From Phycisphaerales bacterium (GTDB taxonomy: Bacteria; Planctomycetota; Phycisphaerae; WQYP01), in NCBI GenBank assembly GCA_009781185.1, contig WQYP01000004.1, positions 232 to 64,231 of the forward strand: a stretch of DNA of 64,000 nt, given 5' to 3'. Under the pieces are notes generated by a model that was not told where the DNA came from, did not search any database, and saw only the letters and a list, made by a program, of their open reading frames with translations. Below, piece after piece: positions 1 to 9,545 of the stretch; positions within the stretch are counted from its first letter, which is position 1, and every line of letters begins with the position of its first letter. The position numbers and the translations under genes are program-made.

Positions 1-15
1 GTAAAGCGATGGGGC

Positions 16-81
16 GATGAGGGCTTGTGTCCCTCATCGCCATGTCTGCGAGTAACGTTGTCGCCATGTCTGCGAGTAACG
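16..81 (+). repeat. 5' leader element: hairpin GATGAGGG..CCCTCATC (16-38) followed by 21-bp direct repeat TCGCCATGTCTGCGAGTAACG x2 (37-57, 61-81)
   Basis: Read directly from the sequence. It lies just upstream of the dehydrogenase CDS. Confidence 0.5.
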
Positions 82-169
82 ATCGCACAATAATTACAGA
101 GCGATGGAGTTCATGCTTTAGCGTGTTTTCGTGTGCAGCACGCTGAAGCGTGAACTCCGGGATGCTATA

Positions 170-1495
170 ATGATGCCCATGCTCAAAAAACTCCTACACC
201 GTCTCCACACCCGCTCCGCTGCCATCGGCGTCATCGGACTCGGCTACGTCGGACTCCCACTCGTCCGCGCTTTCTCCAACGGCAACTTGCGCTGCATCGG
301 CTTCGACATCGACCCCCAAAAAATCACCAAGCTCATGGCCGGCCGCAGCTACATCAAAAGCATCCCCTCTGCCTTCATCCAAAACCTCCTCAAAATCAAG
401 CGTTTCGAAGCGACGACCGACTACGCCCGCACCACCGAATGCGACGCCCTCATCATTTGCGTTCCGACGCCGCTCGACAAAAATCACAACCCCGATATGA
501 CCTACATCGAACAAACCGCCCAAGCCATCGCCAAGCACCTTCATAAAAATCAACTGATCGTCCTCGAATCCACCACCTACCCCGGCACCACACGCGAAAT
601 TTTACTCCCCATCCTCGAAAGATCCGGCCTGAAAGCCAGCAAAGACTTCCTCCTCGCCTATTCTCCCGAGCGTGAAAACCCCGGCAGCACCGACTTCGAA
701 ACCGCCACCATCCCCAAAGTGGTAGGGGGGTACGATAACGCCAGTCTCAAGGCCGCCGTCGCTCTCTACAACTGTGCCGTCAAGAAAGTCGTTCCCGTCG
801 ATAGTCTCGAGATTGCCGAAGCCGCCAAGATTCTCGAGAACTGCTACCGCTGCATCAACATCGCGTTCATCAACGAATTTAAGATGATTCTCGACAAGAT
901 GGGTATTGACGTCTGGCAGGTCATCGAAGCGGCCAAGACCAAACCCTTCGGATTCCAGCCCTTCTATCCCGGCCCAGGCATGGGCGGACACTGCATCCCC
1001 ATCGATCCGTTCTATCTCGCCTGGAAAGCCAAGCAGTTCGGCATCCATGCCCAGTTCATCGAACTTGCCGGTAAAGTCAATGTCTCCATGCCTGAATACG
1101 TCATCAGCAAAATCGCCGAGGCCCTCAACCGCCGCCGCAAATCCATCCGCGGCAGTCGCATCCTCGTGCTCGGACTCGCCTACAAAAAAGACGTCGATGA
1201 TCTCCGTGAAAGCCCTTCCATCATTCTCATCGAGCATCTCAAGGCCCGCGGCGCCAAGGTCGATTACAACGATCCTCACATCCCCAGCACCCACAAGCAG
1301 CGTGAACACGATCTGCAAATGACCAGTGTCGCGATCACCGCCGCGGCTTTGAAAAAATACGATGCCATTGTGATCGCCACCGACCACACCGCTTACGACT
1401 ATCCGATGATCGTGCGAAATGCTCGCGTCATCATCGACACGCGTAATGCCACCGAGCACGTCAAGAAAGGCCGCGAGAAAATTATCAAGGCTTAA
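170..1495 (+). CDS. nucleotide-sugar dehydrogenase (UDP-glucose/GDP-mannose dehydrogenase family, UDP-N-acetyl-hexosamine dehydrogenase-like)
   Basis: ORF 131..1495. N-terminal Rossmann motif VIGLGYVGLPL and catalytic Cys motif GGHCIPIDP. The start is one of the ATGs at 170/173/179, since the frame is open from 131. Confidence 0.85.
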   Translation: MMPMLKKLLHRLHTRSAAIGVIGLGYVGLPLVRAFSNGNLRCIGFDIDPQKITKLMAGRSYIKSIPSAFIQNLLKIKRFEATTDYARTTECDALIICVPTPLDKNHNPDMTYIEQTAQAIAKHLHKNQLIVLESTTYPGTTREILLPILERSGLKASKDFLLAYSPERENPGSTDFETATIPKVVGGYDNASLKAAVALYNCAVKKVVPVDSLEIAEAAKILENCYRCINIAFINEFKMILDKMGIDVWQVIEAAKTKPFGFQPFYPGPGMGGHCIPIDPFYLAWKAKQFGIHAQFIELAGKVNVSMPEYVISKIAEALNRRRKSIRGSRILVLGLAYKKDVDDLRESPSIILIEHLKARGAKVDYNDPHIPSTHKQREHDLQMTSVAITAAALKKYDAIVIATDHTAYDYPMIVRNARVIIDTRNATEHVKKGREKIIKA

Positions 1496-1500
1496 ATTTA

Positions 1501-1606
1501 GTGATTTGGTAATCTGGTGATTTTGAATTTAGCCATCGAATGGCATTCTCGCATACGCGACAGCGCCAATCACCAGATCACCAAATTACCAGATCACCAA
1601 ATCATC
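1501..1606. repeat. imperfect inverted repeat (GTGATTTGGTAATCTGGTGATTTT ... AATCACCAGATCACCAAATTACCAGATCACCAAAT) between convergent genes; possible bidirectional terminator or binding site
   Basis: Read directly. The right arm contains a tandem CACCAGATCACCAAAT / TACCAGATCACCAAAT. Confidence 0.4.
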
Positions 1607-2399
1607 CCACGATCTCCGCCACCGGCGGCGGCGAGCCGTGATCGGTGATGCAGATCACCGCCGCGCTCAGCGACGCCGGCCTCAGTTCTTTGGGCAACTT
1701 TGCAATCGCCATCGCTGCCGCGTGCAAGGTCGCACCTGTCGTCGATACATCGTCTATCAACCAAAGATGCTTTCCCGCCAATGCCGCATCCTTCCGGCAC
1801 ACAAACGCCCCCCTGAGATTTTCCGCCCGTTGCATCGGCGAATCGATCCTCGCTTGCTGTGCCGTCCGCCGCACGCGTCGCAACGGACATCGCACTTTCC
1901 ACTCCCCCAGCATTGCCGTCTGCCTCGCCAACTCCTCCGCCTGATTGAACCCCCGCTGCGCCCGCCGCGTCCAATGCAACGGCACAGGCACCAGATAATC
2001 CACTCCCACCCCGGATTCCTCCGCCACCCGCTCAATGGCATGCCGCAGAAACGGTGCCAACACCAACGCTACCTCCCACGACCGCCCAAATTTCAACCTA
2101 TGTACCAGCGTAATCAACGGCTCACTGAACGTCCCCACCCTTGCCGTCCGCTTCACCCCCGCATCCCGCTCCCCGCACCGATGACAGCGATTCCGCCAAT
2201 CATTCACCGCGAACGGTCCGACCGTGAGCCCGCAGCACCGACAATAATTCTGCGCCGCGAGTTGCCCAATCTCCATCCGCACCTTTTCCGAAAGCCCGCC
2301 CTCCGCTCCCACCGCCTCCTTATCCATCCAGCACGTCGGCGGAAACAGCGTATCCACCACCGATCGCACAGGAACCTTGAGCACACGAAGCAATTGCAT
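1602..2399 (-). CDS. comF: ComF-family phosphoribosyltransferase (competence protein ComFC-like)
   Basis: N-terminal Cys pairs (FPPTCW, CRCCG, CHRCG) typical of the ComF zinc ribbon. C-terminal PRTase motif LWLIDDVSTTGATL. ATG at 2399 is preceded by no better start, and the ORF is open to 2513. Confidence 0.7.
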   Translation of the reverse strand: MQLLRVLKVPVRSVVDTLFPPTCWMDKEAVGAEGGLSEKVRMEIGQLAAQNYCRCCGLTVGPFAVNDWRNRCHRCGERDAGVKRTARVGTFSEPLITLVHRLKFGRSWEVALVLAPFLRHAIERVAEESGVGVDYLVPVPLHWTRRAQRGFNQAEELARQTAMLGEWKVRCPLRRVRRTAQQARIDSPMQRAENLRGAFVCRKDAALAGKHLWLIDDVSTTGATLHAAAMAIAKLPKELRPASLSAAVICITDHGSPPPVAEIVG

Positions 2400-2406
2400 G
2401 TGTCGC

Positions 2407-2570
2407 TCCTTAAAAAAGGGAGCGGCACCGCAATCCGCTAATCCGGGGGCTCTAGCGAAGCCCACACACCCACGAATCACAGGCCGCTCTTTAAAAAAAG
2501 AGCGGCACCGCAATCCGCAAGCACGGAGGTTCTGGCGAACCTTACACCCGACGAATCACGGGCCGCTCCT
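2407..2570 (+). repeat. tandem duplication (~80 bp x2) of a structured element (AAAAAAGGGAGCGGCACCGCAATCCGC ... CGAATCAC-R-GGCCGCTC) ending in the perfect hairpin GGCCGCTCC-TTAC-GGAGCGGCC; candidate small RNA or regulatory element in the comF 5' region
   Basis: Two units aligned by eye. Each unit is closed by GAGCGGC/GCCGCTC inverted repeats. Confidence 0.55.
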
Positions 2571-2727
2571 TACGGAGCGGCCCGAATTCAATCGAGTGCG
2601 CAGTTAAATCGCCAGATTTCCGTGCTTAATGAAACGAACCGAAATTGTCAAAAGCGCTGTGGCGTAACCGCCATTATCTCATCGCTGATCTCCTGCAACA
2701 AACACGGTACCACTATACCGAATGAAA

Positions 2728-2790
2728 CCACGGAGAGCACGGAGGACACGGAGATTTTTTTAAACTCCGTGCCCTCCGTGCTCTCCGTGG
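2728..2790 (-). terminator. 26-bp stem hairpin (1 mismatch) CCACGGAGAGCACGGAGGACACGGAG, loop ATTTTTTTAAA; lies 3' of minus-strand CDS 2809..3528
   Basis: Near-perfect palindrome read directly. There is no classical T-run, so it may be a structural or binding element instead. Confidence 0.45.
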
Positions 2791-2808
2791 TTTCAAATAT
2801 GGAAGCGA

Positions 2809-3528
2809 TCATTCTTCCGGTCGGCTTTGATCTTCCGTCGCCACTTTCGCCAATTCTCGAAACTTATCGGCGACATAAGGGTTGAGTTTGTTGGCGAACT
2901 CTTCTGTTAGTTGGAGTGCCTTGATCAATTCCAGAACGTCAGCTAAATCCCGTATTCGCCCCGGGTTGCTGATGCCGGAGGCCAGTTTCAATTCAATCAA
3001 CGTCGGCAGATTCAGATAACGAATTCCATCCCGCTCAAAGCTGACATTCGTCGGATCAGGAAATGCCACAGGTTTCGGCTTGCCGTCGCCCGGAAAACCA
3101 CCCGCCACCAAAAACTCGATCTTGACGCCCAACTCCGTATCTCGAAGGTTTTTGCTTCCCCGGAACGGCGCCACATATCCAAGACCTTCCAATTGTTCGT
3201 GAATCGTTTGGATCGCTGTCGGCGAGACCAGCAAATCCACATCTTCCGTGAATCGCCGATACCCGTGCCGAAAAAGAGCCAATCCTCCGACCACGCTGTA
3301 TGCGATTCCCATTTCCGTCAGATGCCTGGTTATTTTCCGAAGTGCCTCATGCACGTTTCCTTTTTCTTGAAAGTACAAACTGCCTTCGTTCAACGCCCAC
3401 CTCAAATCCGAATCGAGCCGATGTTTATAGGAAACAACCACATCCCCCCCTCCTCTGTTGGCAACCTCCTCCCCATCATCCGTTGCAACTTTCGACCTAA
3501 AACCCTGACGCATCATCCACCGCCTCAA
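2809..3528 (-). CDS. nucleotidyltransferase-fold protein (AbiEii/NTP_transf-like); start uncertain
   Basis: GG[LAM]xL..G..R.T.DVDLLV motif (VVGGLALFRHGYRRFTEDVDLLV), comparable to GGYAMELRY..TRDIDL in the AbiEii gene at 11725. Confidence 0.5.
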   Translation of the reverse strand: MRRWMMRQGFRSKVATDDGEEVANRGGGDVVVSYKHRLDSDLRWALNEGSLYFQEKGNVHEALRKITRHLTEMGIAYSVVGGLALFRHGYRRFTEDVDLLVSPTAIQTIHEQLEGLGYVAPFRGSKNLRDTELGVKIEFLVAGGFPGDGKPKPVAFPDPTNVSFERDGIRYLNLPTLIELKLASGISNPGRIRDLADVLELIKALQLTEEFANKLNPYVADKFRELAKVATEDQSRPEE

Positions 3529-3546
3529 AACGCCGGTTACGTCATT

Positions 3547-5049
3547 CTATATCGCCGACAACCGTCGCACGAAATCTTCCAGGATCTTCATCGCCCCCGC
3601 ATCCGAAAACGCGATCGTCCGGTACGTCATGCACAGACTCAATCGGTCCTGGATCGTCGTGAGCGTAAAGACCAGCGGCGCCAGCGGTCCCGTCGGCGAA
3701 ATCCGCAGATAGTCCAAAACCTGCGGCACCTCCACCGCCCCCCCACCTTCCCGCGGCTGATCCGCCCATGACTTGGTCATATTGACATTCGAAATCCCCG
3801 CCACCAGCGGCACCGCTTTGTGGAGCAGTTGAGCCTGATGCCGCGGCCATTTCTTGAGGCGGTCCGTCCAGAAACGCGCCATCACCAGTGCCCAGAATCC
3901 ACGCACGGTTCCGAACGTTTTTTTCACTTTCGCCGTCGTGGCCGCGACTTCGTGCAGCAACTCCGCCACAGGCCGATGCTCCGGCTTGTTCAGCAGTACG
4001 GTGTAACTCGAGAGATACAGGTTAAAAATCCCATCCAGCGGCTTGGCCGACGCATCGCGGATGTCCACGATCGTTCCGACGCCCATCTGGTCCCGCCGGA
4101 AATGGAATGCTTTGTGACGGCGCTTCGCACGCTTCTCCGCGGTAAATTCTCCCATGGTCTGCGCCAGCACCGCGATAAACGCATCGTTCACGCTCGCCTG
4201 GTTGCTCTTGGCAACCCGATGCACCTTGTCAATGAGGCCCTTGGGCAATTCACGGTAGAGGAAACGGCTGTTGAAGTTCAGCGGCTTCCCGATGTTGATC
4301 CGGAACCCATTCCGTTGCCGCCATGTGTTTTTGATGCTCTCCCGCACCGCCGCCCAGCGTGTCAGGCGTCCGACATGCCGGCGGAACATCGACTTGAAGT
4401 CCGGGGCATCGAGTTTCAGCGGCGGCAGTCCGCCATTGGCTGGCGTCTTGTCGGGATACTGATATCGCTGGAATATCCGCTGCATCAGTTCCCGCATTGC
4501 CCGCGAATCGCCGATCCAGTGATCGTACACCAACGCAAAATAATGCGACACCGCTTTGCTGGGCGGAGCTCCGCATGGCAATGCGGGGCTTGGACGTTGA
4601 TCGTGTGGCAGGTCATCGAACTCGCTTGTGGCGTCGCGAACCGTGCCACAGCGCCCGGGCAGCACGCAGAACCGAACCGACATATCCCCCGCCGCGAACG
4701 GGCGATTCAACTCCTCGTTGAAAAAGCTTTCGATGTCCTGTTCGGACTGATGGATCACCACCTCCGTTGCCGGTGCGAAGTGCACCTGCGTCTCTTCGTC
4801 ATCGAACCGCGGCACCCCCAGGCCCATCTCCCAGATCACCGACTCGGCCGCCCGCTTCCAACGCTCACGGTTCGGCTCACCGGTGACTTCCATCACCTGT
4901 CCCGCGTTGTAGGGATGCAAATGCGTCCATCGCCGCATCAGAACCTGGAACGCGTTGAGATGAATGGTTCCGGGAAAAGGAGCGGGGCCGCCGCCAGTGC
5001 CGGCGGGGGAGGGAGGATCGGAAGATGGCGTCGCTGCGACCTGCGTCAC
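3547..5049 (-). CDS. hypothetical protein with condensation/WS-DGAT-like acyltransferase motif
   Basis: 500-aa ORF with an HHxxxDG-like motif (YDHWIGDS) and no other recognisable domain. Same strand and operon position as the ICMT-like and NTase genes. Confidence 0.45.
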   Translation of the reverse strand: MTQVAATPSSDPPSPAGTGGGPAPFPGTIHLNAFQVLMRRWTHLHPYNAGQVMEVTGEPNRERWKRAAESVIWEMGLGVPRFDDEETQVHFAPATEVVIHQSEQDIESFFNEELNRPFAAGDMSVRFCVLPGRCGTVRDATSEFDDLPHDQRPSPALPCGAPPSKAVSHYFALVYDHWIGDSRAMRELMQRIFQRYQYPDKTPANGGLPPLKLDAPDFKSMFRRHVGRLTRWAAVRESIKNTWRQRNGFRINIGKPLNFNSRFLYRELPKGLIDKVHRVAKSNQASVNDAFIAVLAQTMGEFTAEKRAKRRHKAFHFRRDQMGVGTIVDIRDASAKPLDGIFNLYLSSYTVLLNKPEHRPVAELLHEVAATTAKVKKTFGTVRGFWALVMARFWTDRLKKWPRHQAQLLHKAVPLVAGISNVNMTKSWADQPREGGGAVEVPQVLDYLRISPTGPLAPLVFTLTTIQDRLSLCMTYRTIAFSDAGAMKILEDFVRRLSAI

Positions 5050-5109
5050 GCGGAATCCTTCAAGAGCCTGTCACTCGGATGAGAAAAGCCCATCCGACGG
5101 CCCGTCATT

Positions 5110-5754
5110 CTACACGACAAACACCCGTGGCACGAAGCGCCCAACGGATTTCTTATAATTCGCATAATCCTCAGGATGCTTCGACGCCATGTACGTTTCT
5201 TCCCGCCTTGCCTCAATTTGCAAAAGCAGGAAATCGATCCCTGCCGTCAGCAGCACCAGCAGCGTCGGCGCCATGAGCACCGCACAGGCATTGATGGCCA
5301 TCCGCAGCGCATAAATTGGATGCCGGACATATTTGTAGGGGCCGGTCACCACCATTGCCAGCGTTTCTTTGGGATCGATGCCGATCCGCCATGATCGTCC
5401 CATCTTCCGCCAACAGACGAACGTGAAGATCGTGAACGCTGTGCAAATGACACTTGCGGGGATGACTATGATCCGCCACCACAACGGCGTCGGAGCCGTC
5501 GGAATCAACCACCTCAACAACAGTTGATGCTGCCAGTGTCCGTGCTCGACCGCCGCCGCCATCCACAGCCCCGCCAGCAACGCCAAAATACAGGGATACC
5601 ACAAGACCCGCATGAGCTTCCCCACCGTCTCACGCGGTATCGCATTGGGATCCTTGCGAATCTTCCTCGCCAGACGGATCAGCTTCACAATCACCGTCGC
5701 CCAATAAATCGTCAGGCACACGGCAGCAATCAACGCGGGAATTCGTTCAACCAT
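5110..5754 (-). CDS. isoprenylcysteine carboxyl methyltransferase (ICMT)/phospholipid methyltransferase family membrane protein
   Basis: Multi-TM protein with C-terminal signature VTGPYKYVRHPIYA. Confidence 0.7.
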   Translation of the reverse strand: MVERIPALIAAVCLTIYWATVIVKLIRLARKIRKDPNAIPRETVGKLMRVLWYPCILALLAGLWMAAAVEHGHWQHQLLLRWLIPTAPTPLWWRIIVIPASVICTAFTIFTFVCWRKMGRSWRIGIDPKETLAMVVTGPYKYVRHPIYALRMAINACAVLMAPTLLVLLTAGIDFLLLQIEARREETYMASKHPEDYANYKKSVGRFVPRVFVV

Positions 5755-5815
5755 AACTCGCCGTATTTCCTATTTAGCCGGCATGCTTGCATGCCGCTCG
5801 GTGGGGAGAGGAACT

Positions 5816-6094
5816 TCAATCCAGCCCCATATCAAACATCACGTCCATATCGTACTTACTGAACGTTCGAAACGCGATGAGCGTCTGCGTCTTCTGGATC
5901 GTGGGAATCTTCAGGAGTTGGTTGGTGATGAGTTCCGCAAGCTGCTCCGCGTCTTTGACGCGAATGATCGCAACGAGGTCCCATTGTCCGGCAACCGAGT
6001 AAACCTCCGTGACGCCCTTGTGCGCCAAGAGTGCTTCAGCAGTCGCATTAATCGCATCACGAGCGGCGTTAATCTGAACGATGGCAGTAGTCAT
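5816..6094 (-). CDS. Lrp/AsnC ligand-binding (RAM) domain protein, stand-alone
   Basis: About 93 aa from the ATG at 6094 with RBS GGAGAT. AsnC-type C-terminal domain-like sequence (VTEVYSVAGQWDLVAIIRVKD). Confidence 0.55.
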   Translation of the reverse strand: MTTAIVQINAARDAINATAEALLAHKGVTEVYSVAGQWDLVAIIRVKDAEQLAELITNQLLKIPTIQKTQTLIAFRTFSKYDMDVMFDMGLD

Positions 6095-6246
6095 GAGAAT
6101 CTCCTTGAAGATCGTCCCGCGATTGTATCGCAGAAGCCCGCCCAAAGCCCGCCCTCACCTCCGCCCCCATTTTATTCCTTGACTCCTTGTAACTTTTATT
6201 CTTCTTCGTATTCTTGTGTCCCAGTCCTCTTAGGAGGAGGTGGCTT

Positions 6247-6576
6247 ATGGAAACGAGAACACGTTGGTATCACTTGATCGCCTGGTTATTCGGCGGCATG
6301 TTTCTCGCCAATACAATTCCGCATCTCATGAACGGGATCTCCGGAAGCCCGTTTCAAAGCCCGTTCGCATCCCCGCCCGGCCAAGGCTTGTCCTCGGCGA
6401 TGGTCAACGTCTTATGGGGAATGTTCAATTTGATGGTGGGTTACGTGCTGGTGGTCCGCATTGGCCGGTTTGACCTTCGGCAGACGAAACATGTCATCGT
6501 TCTGGGCCTGGGCATAGTCGTGATGGCCCTCATTTCGGCGCGAACCTTTGGAAGGTTTCACGGCGGCATCCTCTGA
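6247..6576 (+). CDS. small integral membrane protein (3-4 TM), hypothetical
   Basis: ATG at 6247 preceded by AGGAGGAGG. Hydrophobic helices. Confidence 0.45.
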   Translation: METRTRWYHLIAWLFGGMFLANTIPHLMNGISGSPFQSPFASPPGQGLSSAMVNVLWGMFNLMVGYVLVVRIGRFDLRQTKHVIVLGLGIVVMALISARTFGRFHGGIL

Positions 6577-6749
6577 CGCCGCTACTGACCACTCGCCACT
6601 GATCTATCCCACAAGCAGACGTTTTTCCAGAACGCGGATCGTTTCGTCCACGGTCGTCGGCGGGGTCGTTGTGTCATCATTTTTTCCCCGCCGCCTTTAC
6701 CTTATAATCCTTCCCTTCCTCCCGAACACTTGTTACCGAGGATTTTACC

Positions 6750-7850
6750 GTGCTTGAGCAAAAACCCCGCATCCTCACCGGCGACACCCCCACCGGCCGA
6801 CTCCATCTCGGCCACTACGTCGGCTCCGTCGAAAACCGCGTCGCCATGCAGGACCAGTACGACTGCTATTTCATCATTGCCAACGTCCACGCTTTCACCT
6901 CCCCCGAGCGTATGGAGAACCCCGCCGGCATCCGCGAAAGCGTCCTCGAAATCGCCACCGATTACCTCGCCGCCGGCATCGACCCCGCCAAATCCACCAT
7001 CTTCATCCAATCCGAAATCCCCGCCATTGCCGAACTGACCTTTTTCTTCGCCATGCTCATCCCCTTCAACCGCCTCATGCGAAACCCCACGCTCAATGAA
7101 GAAATCCGCGACAAGGGGCTCGGCGACAAGTACTCCTTCGGTTTCCCGATGTACGCCGTCGGCCAGTGTGCTGACATTCTCGCCTTCCGCCCGGAACTCG
7201 TTCCGGTCGGCGAAGATCAGTTGCCGCACCTGGAACTCTGCCGCGAAGTCGCTCGCCGCTTCGACATCATCTACAACAAGGTCGATCCGCACACGGAGGA
7301 CAAGGACTTCGTCAAGGCCGGCGGCGTTTTCCCGGTTATCCAGCCCAAACTCGGCCGCGTTAAACGCCTCGTCGGCATCGGTGCTCCGTCGCCCGAAACC
7401 GGACAACTCCTCAAAATGTCCAAGTCGCTCAACAACGCCATCTTCCTCTCCGACGATCCCGACACGATCAAGAAAAAAGTCATGTCCATGTACACGGACC
7501 CGAATCGTAAGAAGGCGACCGATCCCGGCGAAACCGATCCCGGCAAAAATCCGCTCTGGGCCTTCCACGAAACGTTCAATCCCGACACCGCATGGGTCGC
7601 GTCCACCCGCGAAAAGTACAAGGCCGGTCAGGTCGGCGACGTCGAGTGTAAACGCAAACTCGTCGATGTTCTCGTCGCCCTGATCGACCCCATCCGCCAA
7701 CGCCGCTTGCAATACGAAAAAGATCCCGCCGAGGTTCTCAAAGTTCTCAAGGCTGGTACCGCTCGCGCCAACGCCGTCGCAGAAGAAACGCTTCGCCTCG
7801 CTAAGCAAGCTATGAAACAGGATTACTTCCCCCGCACATTGTCGTTGTAA
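6750..7850 (+). CDS. trpS: tryptophan--tRNA ligase
   Basis: Class I HIGH motif (TGRLHLGHYVG) and KMSKS motif present. About 366 aa with a GTG start at 6750. Confidence 0.93.
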   Translation: MLEQKPRILTGDTPTGRLHLGHYVGSVENRVAMQDQYDCYFIIANVHAFTSPERMENPAGIRESVLEIATDYLAAGIDPAKSTIFIQSEIPAIAELTFFFAMLIPFNRLMRNPTLNEEIRDKGLGDKYSFGFPMYAVGQCADILAFRPELVPVGEDQLPHLELCREVARRFDIIYNKVDPHTEDKDFVKAGGVFPVIQPKLGRVKRLVGIGAPSPETGQLLKMSKSLNNAIFLSDDPDTIKKKVMSMYTDPNRKKATDPGETDPGKNPLWAFHETFNPDTAWVASTREKYKAGQVGDVECKRKLVDVLVALIDPIRQRRLQYEKDPAEVLKVLKAGTARANAVAEETLRLAKQAMKQDYFPRTLSL

Positions 7851-7939
7851 CCGAATACGCCATAGTGGACTGGGGTTCCCCAGCATTTGTCTGGCCATCG
7901 CGGCGAGAAACGTGGTCTTGCCCGATTGTGGTGCTCCGG

Positions 7940-7971
7940 CGCACGGTTCGCTTCTTTGGTTCTGTTGTTCG
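7940..7971. repeat. 32-bp sequence GCACGGTTCGCTTCTTTGGTTCTGTTGTTCGG, exact second copy at 56096..56127
   Basis: Exact match found by reading. This copy is intergenic, 3' of trpS. Confidence 0.7.
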
Positions 7972-8189
7972 GTCGCGCGACCGCTCCGAAAAGCGGTCGC
8001 GGGCATCCAAAATCGGGTCGGCTCGCTTGGTATTGAAACTACTCGGGACCGGTTCTTTGCGGAGGTGGCTTCTGATCCTCAAGAAGCCAATGATCAGCCG
8101 GTGGAGGGGTGGGGGTCGTGAGGCGATTGGCGGGATCGTTTTTTATAGCGTTTGACGGCATTCTGGAGCTACTCCAAAATGTCGGGCTA

Positions 8190-9340
8190 TTGTCGTTACA
8201 GCACTTACAAACTTTTATTTTTGCGAACGGATTTTGATGAAAAAGTTTTTTCTGACGTTTTTTGTATTGATTATTAATGCTCTGGCGGTGCGTCGTGATC
8301 TCCACGTCCGCTTCCTCAAACTCCAACTCCAAATTCTCTGGTCGAGGTTGCATGGCAACAGGATCATCCTCACTCCGGAGGAGCGGAAGCAAATGTTGAT
8401 GTTGGGAGCGGAGCTGGAACATGAGGTCAATGATAGTCTGATGATTGTGCATTGCAAGACTTACAAAAAATGGTTGCGCGATGAAAGAGATGGGAAGCAA
8501 CCCAAGAAGGTTGGGCGACCCAAGCTGCTTCCGGAATTGGTCGAGTTGATTATTTGGTTGGCGAAGGAGAATCTTGGGTGGGGTGTCAAACGCATCGCGG
8601 GCGAACTCTGGAAACTCGGTGAGAGGATCGGTGACAGTACCATTCGGCGGGTGCTCCGGCGAGAAGGTTTATATCCTGATCGCAATCGTTCGGCTCGTCG
8701 ACAGGCTGATTCGACATGGCAGAATTTCATCAAGCTCCACATGAATGTCATCGTCGCGACGGACTTTTTATGCAAGACTGTTGTGACGCCTTTTGGCTTA
8801 AAAACCGCGTTTTTGATCATGTTTATTCACTTGGAAAGTCGGAAGGTTTTCATCTCTCCGGCGACCTACGCACCCGGTGAACAGTGGGTTTGTCAGCAGG
8901 CGAGGAACGTTGCTTTGTGGCTCGGTGAGAACGGCGTGAAACAGCGATTTATTATGCACGACCGCGACACAAAATACACGGCCAGCTTCGATGAAATCTT
9001 CAAAGCTGCTGGCGTGGAGATCGTTAAAACGCCCGTTGCTGCACCTAACGCGAATGCTTTTGCTGAAAGCTGGATCGGGAAAATTAAATTTGAAGCCCTC
9101 GATCATTTTCTATGCTTCGGCCTCAAGCACCTCGATCATATTGCTCAAAGTTACGCGAATTTTCATAATGAACTCAGGCCACATCAATCCAAGAATAACG
9201 AGCCTTTACGGTTCGAAAATCAGCCGCCGCCGGAGCGAACGCCGAATCGTGGAACTATAGAATGTCAGCGAATCCTGGGCGGGCTTTTGAAGCACTACCA
9301 CAGGAAAGCTACATAAAAAACCACGCTCGCGAGCGTCCGA
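8190..9340 (+). mobile_element. IS-like element around the transposase; ends not defined (no clear terminal inverted repeats found)
   Basis: Single transposase ORF. A 12-bp palindrome CGCTCGCGAGCG at 9324-9335 follows the stop. Confidence 0.35.
8234..9316 (+). CDS. DDE transposase, rve/integrase-core superfamily (IS481/IS3-like) with N-terminal HTH
   Basis: N-terminal HTH region (GRPKLLPELVELIIWLAKENLGWGVKRIAGELWKLG) and DDE integrase core (FIMHDRDTKYTASF ... AAPNANAFAESW). True start uncertain. Confidence 0.7.
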   Translation: MMKKFFLTFFVLIINALAVRRDLHVRFLKLQLQILWSRLHGNRIILTPEERKQMLMLGAELEHEVNDSLMIVHCKTYKKWLRDERDGKQPKKVGRPKLLPELVELIIWLAKENLGWGVKRIAGELWKLGERIGDSTIRRVLRREGLYPDRNRSARRQADSTWQNFIKLHMNVIVATDFLCKTVVTPFGLKTAFLIMFIHLESRKVFISPATYAPGEQWVCQQARNVALWLGENGVKQRFIMHDRDTKYTASFDEIFKAAGVEIVKTPVAAPNANAFAESWIGKIKFEALDHFLCFGLKHLDHIAQSYANFHNELRPHQSKNNEPLRFENQPPPERTPNRGTIECQRILGGLLKHYHRKAT

Positions 9341-9346
9341 TACAGA

Positions 9347-9540
9347 ATGAGATAGTATTTTTCGGTTTACTATCTCATTGCTATCTCTTTACTATCTCAA
9401 TGAGATAGTAAATCGAGTTATTGGTCGTTTTCCCGAGTGAAAGTCCCATTTTACTATCTCATTTACTAGCTTATTTTGCATAGTTTACTATCTCATTTGC
9501 ATTTTCGGACGATTTTACTATCTCATTACTATGTCATTTT
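9347..9540. repeat. AT-rich array of TACTATCTCAT motifs (5 direct and 2 inverted copies) immediately 3' of response-regulator gene 9546..10655
   Basis: Motif copies at ~9347 (inverted), 9368, 9392, 9402 (inverted), 9452, 9485 and 9517. Confidence 0.6.
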
Positions 9541-9545
9541 GAAAT

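Noticed and set aside
1638-2441. 267-aa plus-strand ORF over comF
   Set aside because: Arg/Pro/His-rich translation. The minus-strand ComF features are clear.
6702-8006. 434-aa minus-strand ORF antisense to trpS
   Set aside because: Typical high-GC shadow ORF with low-complexity Gly/Ala/Asp-rich translation. trpS on the plus strand has clear HIGH and KMSKS motifs.
9347-9540. TACTATCTCAT repeats considered as a CRISPR array or as IS terminal inverted repeats
   Set aside because: The motif is only 11 bp, irregularly spaced and in mixed orientation. It does not bracket the transposase gene, because nothing matches upstream of 8234.
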